Positions 12,705 to 26,372 of a stretch of DNA of 64,000 bases are shown piece after piece (the stretch's first letter is position 1; every line of letters starts with the position of its first letter). The notes under the pieces were generated by a model. The model was not told the origin of the DNA. It made no database searches and saw only the letters and a program-made list of their open reading frames with translations. Position numbers and translations under genes: made by a program. The stretch is taken from positions 258,048 through 322,047 of the forward strand of contig MU057947.1 of assembly GCA_013265495.1 (NCBI GenBank). The letters run 5' to 3'. Origin of the DNA: Vicugna vicugna (lineage: Eukaryota).

Positions 12705-12940
12705 CAAATTATCAACATCGGCTGAGTCCTGAAATACCAGGGAGTCACTCAAAACAAATCATAAACACTGTGCTCGTGCTGGCTGTAACTTCTTTCCGAT
12801 TTTAGCAGAATCATAGAAGAACCACTCAGGGACATATGGATCAAACCAGAGCAGCAGCTGAACTGGGAGCCATTCCATCACTGGGCCACACCCACAGCCA
12901 GCTGGACTTCACTCCACTTTTCCAAAGTTGCTCCAGTACG
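12705..12940 (+). pseudogene. RGS-domain remnants
   Basis: INIG../TRESLKTN (compare VNID..TRE...N); DFSRIIEEPL; STFPKLLQ (compare DSFPRFL). Confidence 0.45.
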
Positions 12941-13299
12941 AAGTGAGTCGTCAGCCTTTCTTTTCTAAAACCCACCATTAAAAGCAAAACCAACGGAAAC
13001 TAAGCTCCAGCTTCACAGAAGTAGGAAATGATGGCAACCTCAAATAGCACGCGACAGGTAACAGTGCACAGGACCACGTCCGGGACGGACGGCTCAGCTC
13101 CTCCCTGCGGAGCCGGAACAGCGGGCAGACGGCACGAAAAAGGAGAGGGTCCTGCAAACCCTGCGGGGAAGCCGGACGGGAAGGCAGGCACAGCGGAAGA
13201 GGGGCCTTCCGCGGAAACGCTCTCAGCTTTTGAATTCCAACCGGGAGGAGTTCAGGAGAGAAGGAGAAAGGACAATCAGGCCTATTTACCAGAGATGAG

Positions 13300-16200
13300 C
13301 CAACACTAATCAAACAACAAAGTGTAATTTAAAAAAATATGTGAGTTTACTGGGATGCAGTCCAAGGTCCTGTCAAAGTGAGGAACGGGGGGAAATGTGG
13401 AAAAACCTGCTCCCCGGGGAGGGACAATGCAGGACGGATGACAAGCCGGACTGACTAGCTCACTGGCTCACGCAGCCTCCGGGCTGCGGCTCGGACTGTC
13501 CTTGAGTAACGAGCTGGGCCCGACAGGACGTCCCCCCTGGAAGATGAGCCGTGCTCTCCAATAAACGTCTAGCAGAGACACGACCCAAGTGGAAATGGAA
13601 CAGTTGGGGGTACAAAGGCTGACAAAGGACATGCTTCCAAAAATTGCTCCAAAAAACAGGGAAAACCATCTTCCAGGCAGAAGCTTCTTTGTCTTCTCAG
13701 ATAAATTTAAGAGAAAATGGAATATGGAAGAGCTTAGAGATGGACTGCAAGAGATAAAACACAGAACATTGCAGAACAGAGATAACAACAAAGAATAACA
13801 GAAGTGGACGATTTAAGGAAACACAACTGCTCCAGAAGCAGAATCTTGATTAAAGCAGCAGCAGCGTGGACAGAATGCTGGGAGCTCAGGCACCGGGCGA
13901 GCCAGGGAGACGTCACAGACCCTAGTGGGAGACGCAGGGCAACAGGAGAAGGCGGTGCGGGTGGAAGAAAGACTTCAGGCCCCGGGTTGGGTTCAGTCGG
14001 TTCTGACGGAGATGTGGGCGGCTCATTCATTCCTCTGTGTGGCCGCTCACCTGTTCATTCTGAAATCTTTGAATAGTTGAGTTCAGATGCAGCTCCAGGA
14101 CCCTGGCCATAGCAGTGAGGAAGCCACCAGCCCCTAAAGCTTAGCTTCACAGAGGAGACAGAGGCGGGGACAAAGGGAGGAAGAGAGCCAAGTTCAGGCC
14201 CTGGTAACTGCTGTGGACAAGACCGATCTGAGTAAGGGGAAAGAGAGGGGCTGGGACGAGGGGTCCCCAAAGGGAGAGCACGTGGAGCAGACAAAAACCA
14301 TTCCAAGATATCATGGAAAGAAACTGTCTTACACTAAGGAAAGGCCTGATCCCCAGTCCAGGGGGGGAGTAATACAGAACTATAAACACCAAGGTACATC
14401 TAGAGGAAGTGACTGAATTTCAAGTATTAATTTAAAAATTTAAAAATAAAACAATGAAATAAAAACCCTAAGGACAGGAACCAGAGCAAGGGAATCAACT
14501 CACAAAGGTTCATCCCTGGCTGGCCCGAGACTGGGTGCACGCGGTTCCGAGCCAGGAGCCCACAGGCGCATCGGGCTGTGCCGACTCCGGACCCTCACAG
14601 ACACGGGGGCTCGGACGCCCCTCCGAGAGCAGAGTGCCCGAGCCCCCGCTCGGAGCTCCCGGCTCACTGGGATGGCATCGCTGGTTCTCACAAAACAGAG
14701 CTCTGATGACTCCGAGGCCAGGGGAGGGTGGTTCCTAAAGAAAAACCACACTTTGAGAAACACTGTTTTCCAAAATTTGGGGGGAAGAAGTATGACTCAA
14801 AGGCCTCACACGCAGCCAGTTTGTTTGTACCTCCTGCACGGAAAACACCCTCCGTTAGAGTGCACGGAGCCCTTCGTGGACAGAGCACGGCTGGACGCCA
14901 TCTAGGAAGGCCGCAGGGAAAACAGGCGCTGGTGCTGAGCCCTGCGCGTGTTTAAACATGGAATCAAGCTAGAGCGACTGCAAGAATTATGGGGATAAAG
15001 CAGAAAGTAAACCCAGCTTTATTTTAATTGACAATATTAAAATCACAATGTAACTAACAATAATCCAGAGATGGGAGGAAACAGAATATAAAGCAGTGTA
15101 TTGCCCCATCAATCTTGCTTTGGGACAAATCAGGACCCTTTGAAGTTGATTAATCAAGAAACAGAAGTGTAAGCAATTCTTTAAAGTTATAAACGTGCTA
15201 AAAGAAATAAAATGAAACCCAATCTTCCCAGATGCGAGGCAGACTTTCTCCCCTCCCCAGCTCTCTCTCGGTGTCCCTCTTACACACACGCAGATTATGT
15301 GAGCAAAAGAAAGAACACAGAGGAAGCATGAAAAAAATGGAAACAATAACATAAAATCATGCATAACACCTTCTAAAAATACATCTGTCACAGCAGATGT
15401 AAACTGGATAAATTCACCTCTTAAAAAGTGTTTCATATTAAATTAAAAAGCAAATATATGCTGTAAGAAACACCTTTAAAAAGCTACCCAGAAAAGTCCA
15501 AAGTAAAAGTATGCTCATAAAAAGAATCTTAGCGATGAGTAAACACATTTCAAGGCAAGAAGCCGGAATGCCTTCAGCTTGTGCTGAACACTCACCACCT
15601 CGAGAGGCTCTGGGCGATGCCAGGCGGTCCTCATCACACTCCCCCTCACTTCCTTCCAAGTGCTACTGACACCCGTGAGTGGCCGAGGATCTTGTTTATT
15701 TGTGATTTCTTGTATTACATACAAAAGTAAGCTTGGCCAGGGCAGATGTTTCTCCTGCCTCAACCCTGTTGCCTAGAACAGCATGCGGGTGACACGGGAG
15801 GAAGCATTTTTTGCAAAAATGAATAGAGAAGAGATATGATTTCAATGACCATTTGACAATGATCTGACACAAGAAAATCTATTCATCTTTGATCAGTAGA
15901 TCAAAGAAAAGAGTGTGATAAACAGATTCATGAAGAAAGTTTGTAACACTGAAAGTTCTTTTTTGATTAAAAAAAACTGAATAGATAAGATTCATCCTTA
16001 AATTATACACACGTGCTCACACACACACACACCCCCAAGTCAAAAGGCAACATAATACTTAATGGTGACATTTTGAGGCCAATGTCAGTCATTCAACATA
16101 AGAAATAACTAACATGTTCTTAAGTCCTCATACTTTTCTAGAGGATGGAAATACACAGGATTAAACTGTTAAAGTGATCATCAGGTAACAGCTACAAAAT

Positions 16201-18870
16201 GAGGAAAAAAACGAAATAATCAAACACAAGGCAAGAAATGAGAAACAAAAAGTCACAGGAAATTGTAATGATACATTTTTACTTACTTATTACTACTTAG
16301 TAGACTGTTTATTATAAATTATAAAAATAAAAACATTTAAAACAGACCAGTAAGAAACAACACATGAAATCGTTGCAGACGTAGCCAAAGCAGTATTTGG
16401 AGGAAAAAAGAGACTTGAATGCAAATGAAAAGAAAATTGAAGAAGAAGAATCAAGATCTCCAACTCAAGAAGTTGAATAAAACAAGAAAATAAACCAAAC
16501 ACAGGGAGGAGGAACAGTATTACAAAGACAACACAAATTAGTGACATAGAAAGTGTAGTATATCTTAGGGAAAAATCAAGGTGCCAAAAAAAAAAAAAGA
16601 ACAAGAAACTACCAGAAATAATAAAATATTACTAACTTTGTTGGGCATGAAATTGCTATTCTAAAATCAGTAACTTCTCTTTATATAAATAAATATACAA
16701 AAATACCTACTGGAAGGGGATTTCTCATTCACAATAGCAAGAAACCAGATGAGAGTCTCAGGTGTAAACTTAAGACGCCTGCAGAGCCACAGCGGAAACA
16801 CGTTTCACTCAGTGAAGGGACATGAGAGGCCTGAGTTAGCAGCAGGACACAGCTCCGTAGTGAAAAGACATCAATTCTCCTAAAATTAATGGATTGTAAA
16901 AATCAGGATTTGGGGGGGAAATTGACAACATTATTCCAATACGGTCATATGGAAAGTGAGACAGCAAACACTGTCAAGGGAAGAGTAATTCTGCAGTTGG
17001 CCCCCACATCGCCCCCCACATCTGCAGGCGGGGCGCCCGCAGATCCAGGCGGCTGGCTGCACAACCTCCTGAGTCACAATGTCACAATTAAACGGTCGTT
17101 CTTCAGAAAATGTGTAGGCAGTAAAAGTAAACCATGCTAATTTGTGTTACAGGTAAAGGAAGGGACGTGTTCTTTGCTGTTTGTCTTTACTTGGAGCACA
17201 GTGAATGGACAGTGTCCGGATCTAGGCATCAGGTGTTAAGAGGCACCTGAGTGTCCAGAACGATGGAGGTGTGGAAATCCCAACAGAAGGAATGATGAAG
17301 AATCTGAGACTCCGTCTTCCAGGAAGATAAAGTTACAAACATTTTTAGTTATTTAAAAAGGATCATCACATGAAAGAGATCAGCTATTTGCTTGTTTCTG
17401 AGGCCATATATTAAACCAATATTGAGAGGTTATGTAAAAATAGATTATGACTTGATACACAGGAGAAATTCATGGAAATAACTTAAGGAAGCTATTTTTC
17501 AAACTGTAACTTTGATGCATGCTTAGTGTAGAAAAATTGCAAATTGCAAAATAATAAGAGGTAAATTAAAACTTTTTTAAAAGAGAAGAGTAATTGCATT
17601 AACAAAGCATATGCTAAAGCTACGTGATTTAAAGCAGTTTGATATATACACAATGTGCCAAAATTCACAGAACTGGAGAATTAAAAGAAACTAAATGGAA
17701 CTAAAAAGAAAAGCTAAAAAGAAACTAAGGGGACTAAAAGGACATTTAATTTTCCTGAATGATAATTTGCAGAAGTAACTTTTTTTAAAAAACGTAGTAT
17801 GATACAGAAATAAGAATCATTCAGTAAATACAGGCAACAGAATAGAGTCTCTAAAAATTGAAAGCACACATAGAAATGTTCATGTTCTAACACTTGCATA
17901 CGAACAGTGGGGAAGGATGGACACTTCGACAAACACGTCAGGACAAGTGACCAGCAATTTGAGGAAAGGGAGGACTGAATCACTGCTTTAACCCTTTACA
18001 CCAAAATTAACTTTGTTTGGACCAAATACATAACTTTTGTGTGGGTGCCCTTTATTGAGGTATAACTGATACACAAAAAAACTGGAATATTTAATGTACA
18101 CAATTTGATGTATCTGGACATACACATGCGCCTATGAAACCATCACCAAGACAAGAGTGGAAAGGTGCCTGTCAGGCCTGGGAGGAGGGGGGGAATGAGA
18201 CTCTCAGTGGGTCTAAAGCTTCAGTTATGCCAGAGGAGCATGTTCTAGAGATCTACAAATACTTCACTTTTTCCATGAAAGCATCATAGTCTAGAAGGAG
18301 CCTGGTTTTCCTCATAAACTGGAAACGGCTAAATGGTTGTGATTGTGCCTCCCGAAGGCCAGAGACAATGAAAGCCTGAAAACACTGCCTAAATAAAATT
18401 TGTAAAATTCATTACGGCAAAACGTCCATATACTAAATCGGTAAAGAAAGGAAAACCTGGGGGAAGTGCGGACAGCGCCTGCGACAGGTGAAAGGGAGTT
18501 TCCCAGCGCGTAAAAAGAGCGACCGCATCGTGTTCATTTGTTTAAATTCAATTGGCCCAAAAAGGAAGATGTCCAAAAACATGAACAGGCTGTTGAAGTA
18601 GAAATAAAGCAAAGAGAGGAACCAACTGTACGTAAAAAAAGAAAAAAAACGCAGAGCATAGCAAAAAGTACCATTTTCACTTACAGATTTGCAAAGGTTT
18701 ACCAGCCTGTTCATAGTCCAGTTCTGACAACAGTGTGGAAAAGCAGCATCCGTGCCTGCTGGGTGATGGCTTGACTTGGTGCTCCTTTGAGAAGAGTTAT
18801 GTGGCAAGAGTCCCCGAAATTTCAAGTGCACATAAACGCTTTGACCCAACGCACTCACTTCATTGTTCAA
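13300..18870 (+). mobile_element. Patchwork of very old L1/HAL1-like fragments (ORF1/ORF2 remnants), mostly on the + strand
   Basis: A-rich L1-like segments, for example 16330-17000, 17600-18030 and 18400-18860; a short antisense L1 3' end at about 18045-18150. Confidence 0.55.
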
Positions 18871-18873
18871 AAA

Positions 18874-18874
18874 T

Positions 18875-18919
<45 letters not shown>

Positions 18920-18920
18920 T
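18874..18920. repeat. Compound (CT)n(CA)n microsatellite
   Basis: Directly visible in the sequence. Confidence 0.95.
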
Positions 18921-18989
18921 GCGCATTCATTCCAGATAAGACAGAGAGAAAGCTTTCTCTTTGCGAAGCCCTGGTCTTCAGTCTCCATG

Positions 18990-19145
18990 TGAGTTATTTT
19001 AATTCTCTCAACAACTACATGCCGTGGGTTTCCTTCATTCCAGTTTTACAGATGAGGGGACCACTGTGTCGAGGGTGGGCCGTGCGGCTGGTGAGAGGCC
19101 ACGCTGGGATCTGAACTGGGTCCTTTTTACATCAAGCGTGCTCTG
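18990..19145 (-). mobile_element. MIR
   Basis: tttaattctctcaacaac...ttttacagatgagggg...gctgggatctgaact. Confidence 0.7.
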
Positions 19146-20094
19146 GAGCAGGGCCCTTTGTCTCGCCTTCCTCTGTGGGTCATGAGGAAAACTGCAAACT
19201 ACTGCAGCATCTGTAGCCGAGAGCAAGTTAAATAAGTTCGCGTCTGGAGGACCACACAGGATTAATATGCATCAGGCTGAACGTGTGTGTAGAAATAAAA
19301 ATAAACATCTATATACCCAGGATGCATCACGCAGCAAGAAGCGAGGCACAGGGTGTAGCATAAAGCGCGACTCCTCTGCGTACGTGCCCCGCAGACGCCT
19401 GTGACGGCACAGAAGCAAATCCGATTTGCACCACCTCAGGGGAGAGGAACCTGGACACGTGGGAAACAGGCTGGTGGCAGCGGCAGTGGTGGGGGGGGGA
19501 CTTCTAATTTAGCATATTTTGTACTCTTTGCTTCCTTGAATAATGAGCATGCTTTTCTTTTATAGTTTTTTTTTAAACTAATTTTGAAATAAAGAATAAA
19601 CATTTCCTGGATACTTCCCCAGGATATGAGTCTGTTCCAAGAGGTACACGCCCAAACCAGGAGGGCTGGCAACTTTCTGACAATAGGATTTCTAGAAAGA
19701 GAGGAAAAAATGACTTCAAGATGTGATGTTTCCTCATAAACAAGGGGCAGCCCGCGCCGGGCTCCTGGTTTGCGGCTGGCCTGTCCCCCAGCGTTTGTTC
19801 TGAGCCTGATAAAGAAAGGCGGACGGGATGCCCTGCTGCTCCCAGGGCTCAGCGGGGAGCACAGGTCCTATTTTACAAGGTGTCGTGCCAGGTTCCCCCA
19901 CCCCCGTCACACGTTTTCAACAAGAACATGCCCCCAGCCCCAGCCAAGGAGGCAGAGGCAGGGTCACGGGGCACAAGCATCTCAGCTCTCCCCGCTTGGG
20001 ACACTCCCCACCGCCTGCAAGAAACTCCACAGCTAAAGACAGACCTGCTTATCTCCTTTAAATGAGGGGAGCCTTGCACAGTTTCATAGGAAAA

Positions 20095-22010
20095 GGTGCA
20101 AAATTTATAAGGTACGATTCCATGTACTCAGCCACGGCCCCCCAGAAACTGAGGAGGAAGATTTTCAGAAGAATGACACTGGAGCTTGTTGGAGGGGAAA
20201 GGGCAATGCTGGGTAAACCATCCAACCCAACTGGCAGCAGCATTTTCACAGAAGAAATTGGAATTTCATCACACAGGGCTCGCGAGAACACGAGCTCTGT
20301 TTCAACACCGCGGTCCAAACACAAACAGCAGCCACGCGGTCATTTGCCTGTTTGAGAATTTCCATTGCGGATAATTGAAGAACAAGCCGCACTTCAGTTC
20401 GGGAAGATATACAGCTCCTTATCGGAGGAAGGTAGATGTTCTTCTTAACAGTGTACAGACACGGAGATTAAATTTCAGAGAGAGATTTATTTTGTGCTAT
20501 TGTCCTGTTATTCACCAGAGAATTGTGCAATGCAAGTAATCTGATCAGAATAATGCATAGGGACATATTTCAGAAAACCAATAATTGTGGCAACACTGAG
20601 CTCTGCCAGGTGCCAAAATAAAGTCCAGAATCACTCTCACTCTTTTCCCCCAATTCCTTAATCATAGCTTCACGCGATGGAGCGATGTTGTCCATTACGG
20701 CACAAGCTGGCGGAAATCACTATTGGACTTTTAGAGATTTATTGTAATTTGAGATCTATGGCCCTTCTCTAGACCCAAAATCAAAATGGTATTTTATAGA
20801 CAAGCCCTCGCAAGATTTTACAGCTCTTTTTTAATTTAAGAATTCTTTGTCCTTGGTTAGGTACCACAAGTTGCTTTTTTTTTATTATGTTACGAAGCAG
20901 TTAAGTCAAACAGAAAAATTACTAAAACTGGCTATATTTAAATTCTGTTCACTTCTTTAACCTTTGACTTACCTACATAAAAGGTAATCTTTCAAGAACA
21001 AGCCCCAAACAGAATCATTGCTTCTTTGCTTTCCTCGGGTCCTTATGGAATAAACAGAATCTGTAACAAGATCCCTTTAACCATTTTTTATTCTGCTCAT
21101 ATTTGCCATGATTTTATAACAGCCGGCGGTTTGCCTCCCTCACGTCATCACAATCAGTGCATCCTGGGATTAAAAACCATTTAGGGCCCGAATCTTAAAC
21201 GCACTCCCCACGCAGCAGTAGAATGAACTTTGTGCACCGTTTCTGTCTACTGTCGCCAGCTTTACTGGCTGCACCAAGAAGCAGGGGAGCCAGGCAGGTC
21301 CTCATATTTAAGCAGAGAGCAACCCGCTTACCCACGTGTAAAGTGGCATCGAATGAGACTGCAAAGGCGGCAGGGAGGGAAATGCACGAGCCCTCGACGG
21401 CCGCCGCCCCATGTTCTCATGAAGTGGCCGTGCACCGCACACCCCGCCAGAGGCCCCTCCTGGGAGTATTTTCTTCACAAACGTGAACTGGTGTCTAAAT
21501 TGCTCCAGAACAAATACGTTGAGTTGCTGAAAAGTGGCGTTACGAAGAGCACAGCAATCTAACAAGTGGCTTTAGAAGCCTTATCACCTGGGAGGTTGCA
21601 GGCAATCCTGGGAAGTCTGTGCAGCACCCTGTGGATGAGTCCAGATGTGCGCGGCTTCCCAGGGCACCTGCTGCCCCCTCCTCCTCTCTGACGGTCCAGC
21701 AGGTGGGGCAGGGCGGCCTCCCCTGGGCACGGTGCCTCTGCTCGTGAGACTAAACAGGGAAGGTCGGCTCAGCCACACAGGATCTCCTCCCAGGATCCCC
21801 CCGCATGAGATAGGGTGGAATCGCCCCATTCAACCACAGTCTCCCAGCGCAAAGCTAGAAACTGCTCCACGGAAACTGAACGCCCATAAGACCCTAAGAC
21901 TTTTGTCGTCAGCCACCAAGCACAATGTGCATCCCAGAGATGACTGGGCGTGGAATCTAGGGTGGGCTAGAATTTGAACTAGATCAGAGGCTATTTCATG
22001 AGCTGTTATG
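20095..22010 (+). pseudogene. RGS-domain remnants (about 5 domains), including the best preserved C-terminal half
   Basis: AKFIRYDSMYSATAPQKL...PTGSSIF; 20544-20576 IRIMHRDIFQK; TFRDLL*FE; FQEQAPNRII; 21355-21535 AKAAGREMHE...APCSHEVAVHRTPRQR / PSWEYFLHKRELVSKLLQNKYVELLKS; 21858 ETAPRKLN; FELDQRLFHELL. Confidence 0.65.
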
Positions 22011-22329
22011 GTTCCTAAGCTGTTTTTCTATGCCTCCCCCACTTGTAAACAGTTAACAGAGAAGGAAAGAACTCCGTCTCGGAAATCAGTGTGAGTCTTT
22101 AGTTTATCTGTGAAAACAGGAAATGGGTGGTTTTTAGAGAAATGAATGCCTCCTGATTCACACATTGTTAAGAACATGTATTTAGCCCATCTTGGTAATA
22201 AATAAGCCTTATATATGTCATTTCTCACACTTTCATTACCCCAGCGTGTTTTATGTTGTTTTACAGTCATTTCATTATTTCTGCTTCTTAACCGTGTGAA
22301 CCAGGAGATACTATAATCATGACTTTAGA

Positions 22330-23400
22330 TGAGAAAACTGAACCCATGCAGAAATATTGATTTATTTTGGTTAAAATCAGAAATGAAGCAAAGATGTCTA
22401 TTATCACTATGTTTTTTTTGACATTGCTCTGATAGATTTTCCCAATGCAGTGACATGTGAAATATTTAAAAAATGAACTTATTATAAATGACAAAATCAT
22501 TATTTGCGAGAAATACATCACCTACATAGAAACCCTTAGAATAATTGGAGTTTTAAGGAAAAGCAGCCAGAAACAAGTTAAATATAGAAAAATTAATTCC
22601 TAAGTTATGAGAAAACAGAGGAAGAAAATTACTTTCCTAATAGCAAACAAACATATAAAATACAAGGGCAAATCTGAACAAGAATTGTACAGAACATGCA
22701 GCAGGAAAACCACAAATACTTCCTGAGAGACATTAAAACATTTCATAGAACTGTATCTTGGTCATTGATGGGAAGACGGAATACAGTAAAGATGAATCTT
22801 TTTCCAGATTAATTTAAAAGAGGAACACAAATGCAATCACAGCCCCAATGGATATGGTAAAAGTACCTGGCAGAATCATTCTAAATTTATATCAAAGATA
22901 AATAATAAAGAAGAGCTAAGAAATTATCGGAGGAGGAGAAGAGTGACGTGGGGAAACTCTCCCTCCCAAAAAGGGTCATTTAACCAACGACTTTTTCATT
23001 TAAAAGGGAAAATTACAAACTGCGGGAAAGGGACATTTAATAAAAAGGTTTAGGAAAAATGCCCATGCGTGTAATAAAACAGACATGTTACAGGCACACC
23101 TCACGTGATACAACAGAGGGAGGAAAAATGGCCTCGTACAAAAATTTAAACACAAATATGCAAACATCTTAAAGTAAAACTATTTTCATATATATTTAGG
23201 CTGTGAATTCCATGAGGCGAGAATCACGTCTGTTTTTCTGAATGAATGAAGGAAGGAAGGAATGAATGAGAAAATCCCGAAACAGTGACGGGGAAAAAAG
23301 CACAAAGAAAATATGGATTGCTGTGATGATTTAAAACATTTTTTAAAATAAGAGGTAAAGAAATCTGGAAAAAGACTGTAAATACTATGATCAAAAATTA
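22330..23400 (+). mobile_element. Old L1 (L1ME-like) ORF2 fragments
   Basis: Degenerate RT and C-terminal ORF2 motifs (cattgatgggaagac, attctaaatttatat). Confidence 0.6.
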
Positions 23401-23439
23401 AATCTTAATATTGAGAGATTTTATTAGAAAATAATAAAA

Positions 23440-23745
23440 AGCATTTGAGAAAAACAGAGAACATTTCAAATTGTGGTCTGGAAGAGTCAGGACAGACACC
23501 CACTGTGACCGTCCTGCAGCTCTGAGGACCCTCTGTGGCTGGTGACATACATTTACACCAGCCTTCGTCTGGGCTGGACTCTCTCCAGCAGCTCAGACAC
23601 AGAAGTATCGATCTCAACACACTTTCAATACTTTGACATCCTCATTATCTAGGATGGCGCTGCCTTACCAAGACCCCTTGATAGAGACACACTTCAGTCA
23701 CTGTTTGCTGAGCTGAAGTTTGGTAAAATCTTTACCAAAAAAGGT
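23440..23745 (+). pseudogene. RGS-domain remnant
   Basis: HLRKTENI..GLEE; QYFDILII*DGAALPRPLDRDTLQSLFAEL (helix 5-6 pattern I+..FI..GA...V.LD.DT...I). Confidence 0.5.
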
Positions 23746-24679
23746 AGAATTTCACACTAACTTGGCTCACAAAAATAAAATGGAATAGGTTTGTTTTTCT
23801 CGAAGAATTGATTAATTCATCTGATATATAAATAAAACATTACTGTGCAAGAAAGATTAAAAATCTATTCGATCGTGAATTTTTGTGGTTTCAGCACCAG
23901 AAAAAACTCTTCTATTTCAAAAGCTTCCAAACATACATGCACACACGCACACACGCACATTGTGAAGGAAACCAAACACCCAACCTAACTTCTCAAAACC
24001 TTGACATTCTTATGGGTGCTCATTACCTTGGTCATCAAGCATCAGGAAGAAAGGTGAAGCCACTCAGGAGTTAATGGAAAATTAATGACGTCAGGGAGAC
24101 AGGAAACAACACAAAATTAAACTGACTAAATTAACAGGGAAAATTTAGAAAAAATAAAAATACACAAAGAAATAGATTAAAAGGCAAAAACAATTATTTT
24201 CCTTTAAAAAGATAAAATAACGTAATGGCACAAAGGAGAAGGGCAAATATGTCTTAGAATTTTGTTCTGTATTTCTGATTCACTAACAGAATAAATGCTC
24301 TTTCTTTAAAAACTAGAAAACAAGATTCTGATTAGCACGGCCGACTGAAAGACATGTCATCCCCTCACTGCTCTCCAAGCCCTGTTGAAGTCACCGACGG
24401 GAAGGTTTTTTTGTTTTTTTGTTTTTATTTTTATCCATTACAGCGCCAGGAGAAAAGCACACCACCAACAGATCGAAACGGGGAGGGGATTCTATTGAAC
24501 ACAGAGCACATGGGAAGCGATCAGTGGTAAACCCCAGTAAGCTGAAGTGCCAGCGATTCTAAACGGATGAGAAAGAGGGCCTTCGTGAAAGTAAGCTTCC
24601 CAGGAGAACCCCATAATAGCCCCAAGATCAGACGAGTAAAAAGATCAGGTCATGGACAGTTCAGCCCACAAATTACCTG

Positions 24680-24980
24680 AAGGCTGGTCTCCAAGTTACC
24701 ACGATAAGCCCCGCCTCCCAGGGCTCACTTCCTTGTGTGGGCCCCTCCCTCATCCAATCTGGGTGGCCCGTGATTTGCATTAAATACGAGGATGGGGGTT
24801 GGGGGGCACCGCACAAGATCTGGGTCTAGCCTTGGAGAGGACTGGTCGTTTCTGTTTCCTCCCTTTTGAAATGTGCCCCTTTAGAACGTCCTGAGCTGCC
24901 CTTGTGAGAAGCCCAGCTCCACTGCTGAAGAGACCACCTAGAGAGAGACACGTGAGCAAAGGCCACGTGACCCACAGGTA
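24680..24980 (+). mobile_element. MLT1F/G-like MaLR LTR fragment
   Basis: ccttgtgtgggcccctccc...aatctgggtggcccgtgatttgc...gagctgcccttgtgagaag...gagacca. Confidence 0.5.
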
Positions 24981-25149
24981 AGCTGCTCCCACCCCCTACA
25001 GGAAAGCCCAGGTGCCTGAGTCCCAGCGCCCCATCCCCCGCACGGACACCAGAGCGAGGGCTTCTCAGATCAGAATTTGCATCGCTGCCAAGGGGACCCA
25101 GGTACACAGCACAGCCATCAGTACCATCTGGCTTCAGTTCTATCTAGGA

Positions 25150-26335
25150 AGTGAGTAATTAGGAACCATCATACACTGGGGGAAGCAGCATGAAAGGACA
25201 GTTCCCATCACGGAGGGGGAAGGGAAGAAGAAAAAAGTCAAATGAATGAGCTCAGAGGAGTATGAAAGGATACCTATTGATTAATTTAAGACAGGATCTA
25301 ATAAATTTATGAACATTGAAAATATGATTTCCAGGGTGAAAAACTCAATTAAAAAGAATAATTAGACAAAGCTGGGTATCAAATTAGGAACGTGGAAGAC
25401 TGGAAGAGTCTCCCAAAACTCAACCCAGGAGGACAGAGCTGAGAAGTACGGGAACATCTGAATGAGAACAAGGACTGACTGCGAAGCCCCAACACCCAAC
25501 AGCGTCTTCAAGGGAAACAAAGACACAGGCGGGGAGGAAGAAACAAAGCGTCAGTGGAGTGATGCTCCCTGTGTTGAAAAATGTCTGGAGTTTTTGGTTT
25601 GTTTTCTTCTGTTTTGTCTTATTGAAAGGGCTTATCAAGCACTAAACAAGAAGAATGAAGAGTGACACCTTCCTGGATTCACCCTGAAAGTGTCTGCAGA
25701 GAGAAGAGCAGATTATCCGCAGGAAACAAAGCATCAAGTTGGCATCAGCCATCTTATTTTCAAAAATAGGTCCTACAAGGAAACAGAGCAATGTTACAAG
25801 GACAAGGAATGAGAGTTTCATACCTAGAATTTCATACCTAGCCTGACTATCAGTCACGTAGAAGGCAAAATACTGATACTTACAGACCATCAGTGACCGG
25901 GAGATTTGGCCAACTTTTTACAAGACTGACTTAAACATTTACACTGGCAAATTTGAAAAATGAATCTAATAAAGAAGAAGATAGTGGGTATAAGAAATAA
26001 TGGTGAGAAAAATAACCCAAAAGTTATAACTTTAGGATAGAATTATTTTTATAATACAGCCATAGATGGTGTGATTTTGAAAAAGTAAAATCATAATGCT
26101 AATAACAATAATATGAACTGACAATTCTGAATTACACCAACAAAGAATGGGAGATGGAGAATCTGAGATCATAAAGGGTGTCTAGTCATATCTGAGGAAG
26201 CTGAAATGTAATATTAGACCAAGAAGTCAAGACAAATAGTATTTAAGATAAAGAGTATCTTATATAAAATCTCTGTCCTTTTGGTTAATAGTATAAAATC
26301 CCATACACTGAACAACATATCATCAGAATATATAA

Positions 26336-26372
<37 letters not shown>

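Noticed and set aside
23560..23680. Dynein heavy chain-like GSAILDNEDV on the - strand
   Set aside because: It is an isolated short match followed by stops, with no supporting exons in order.
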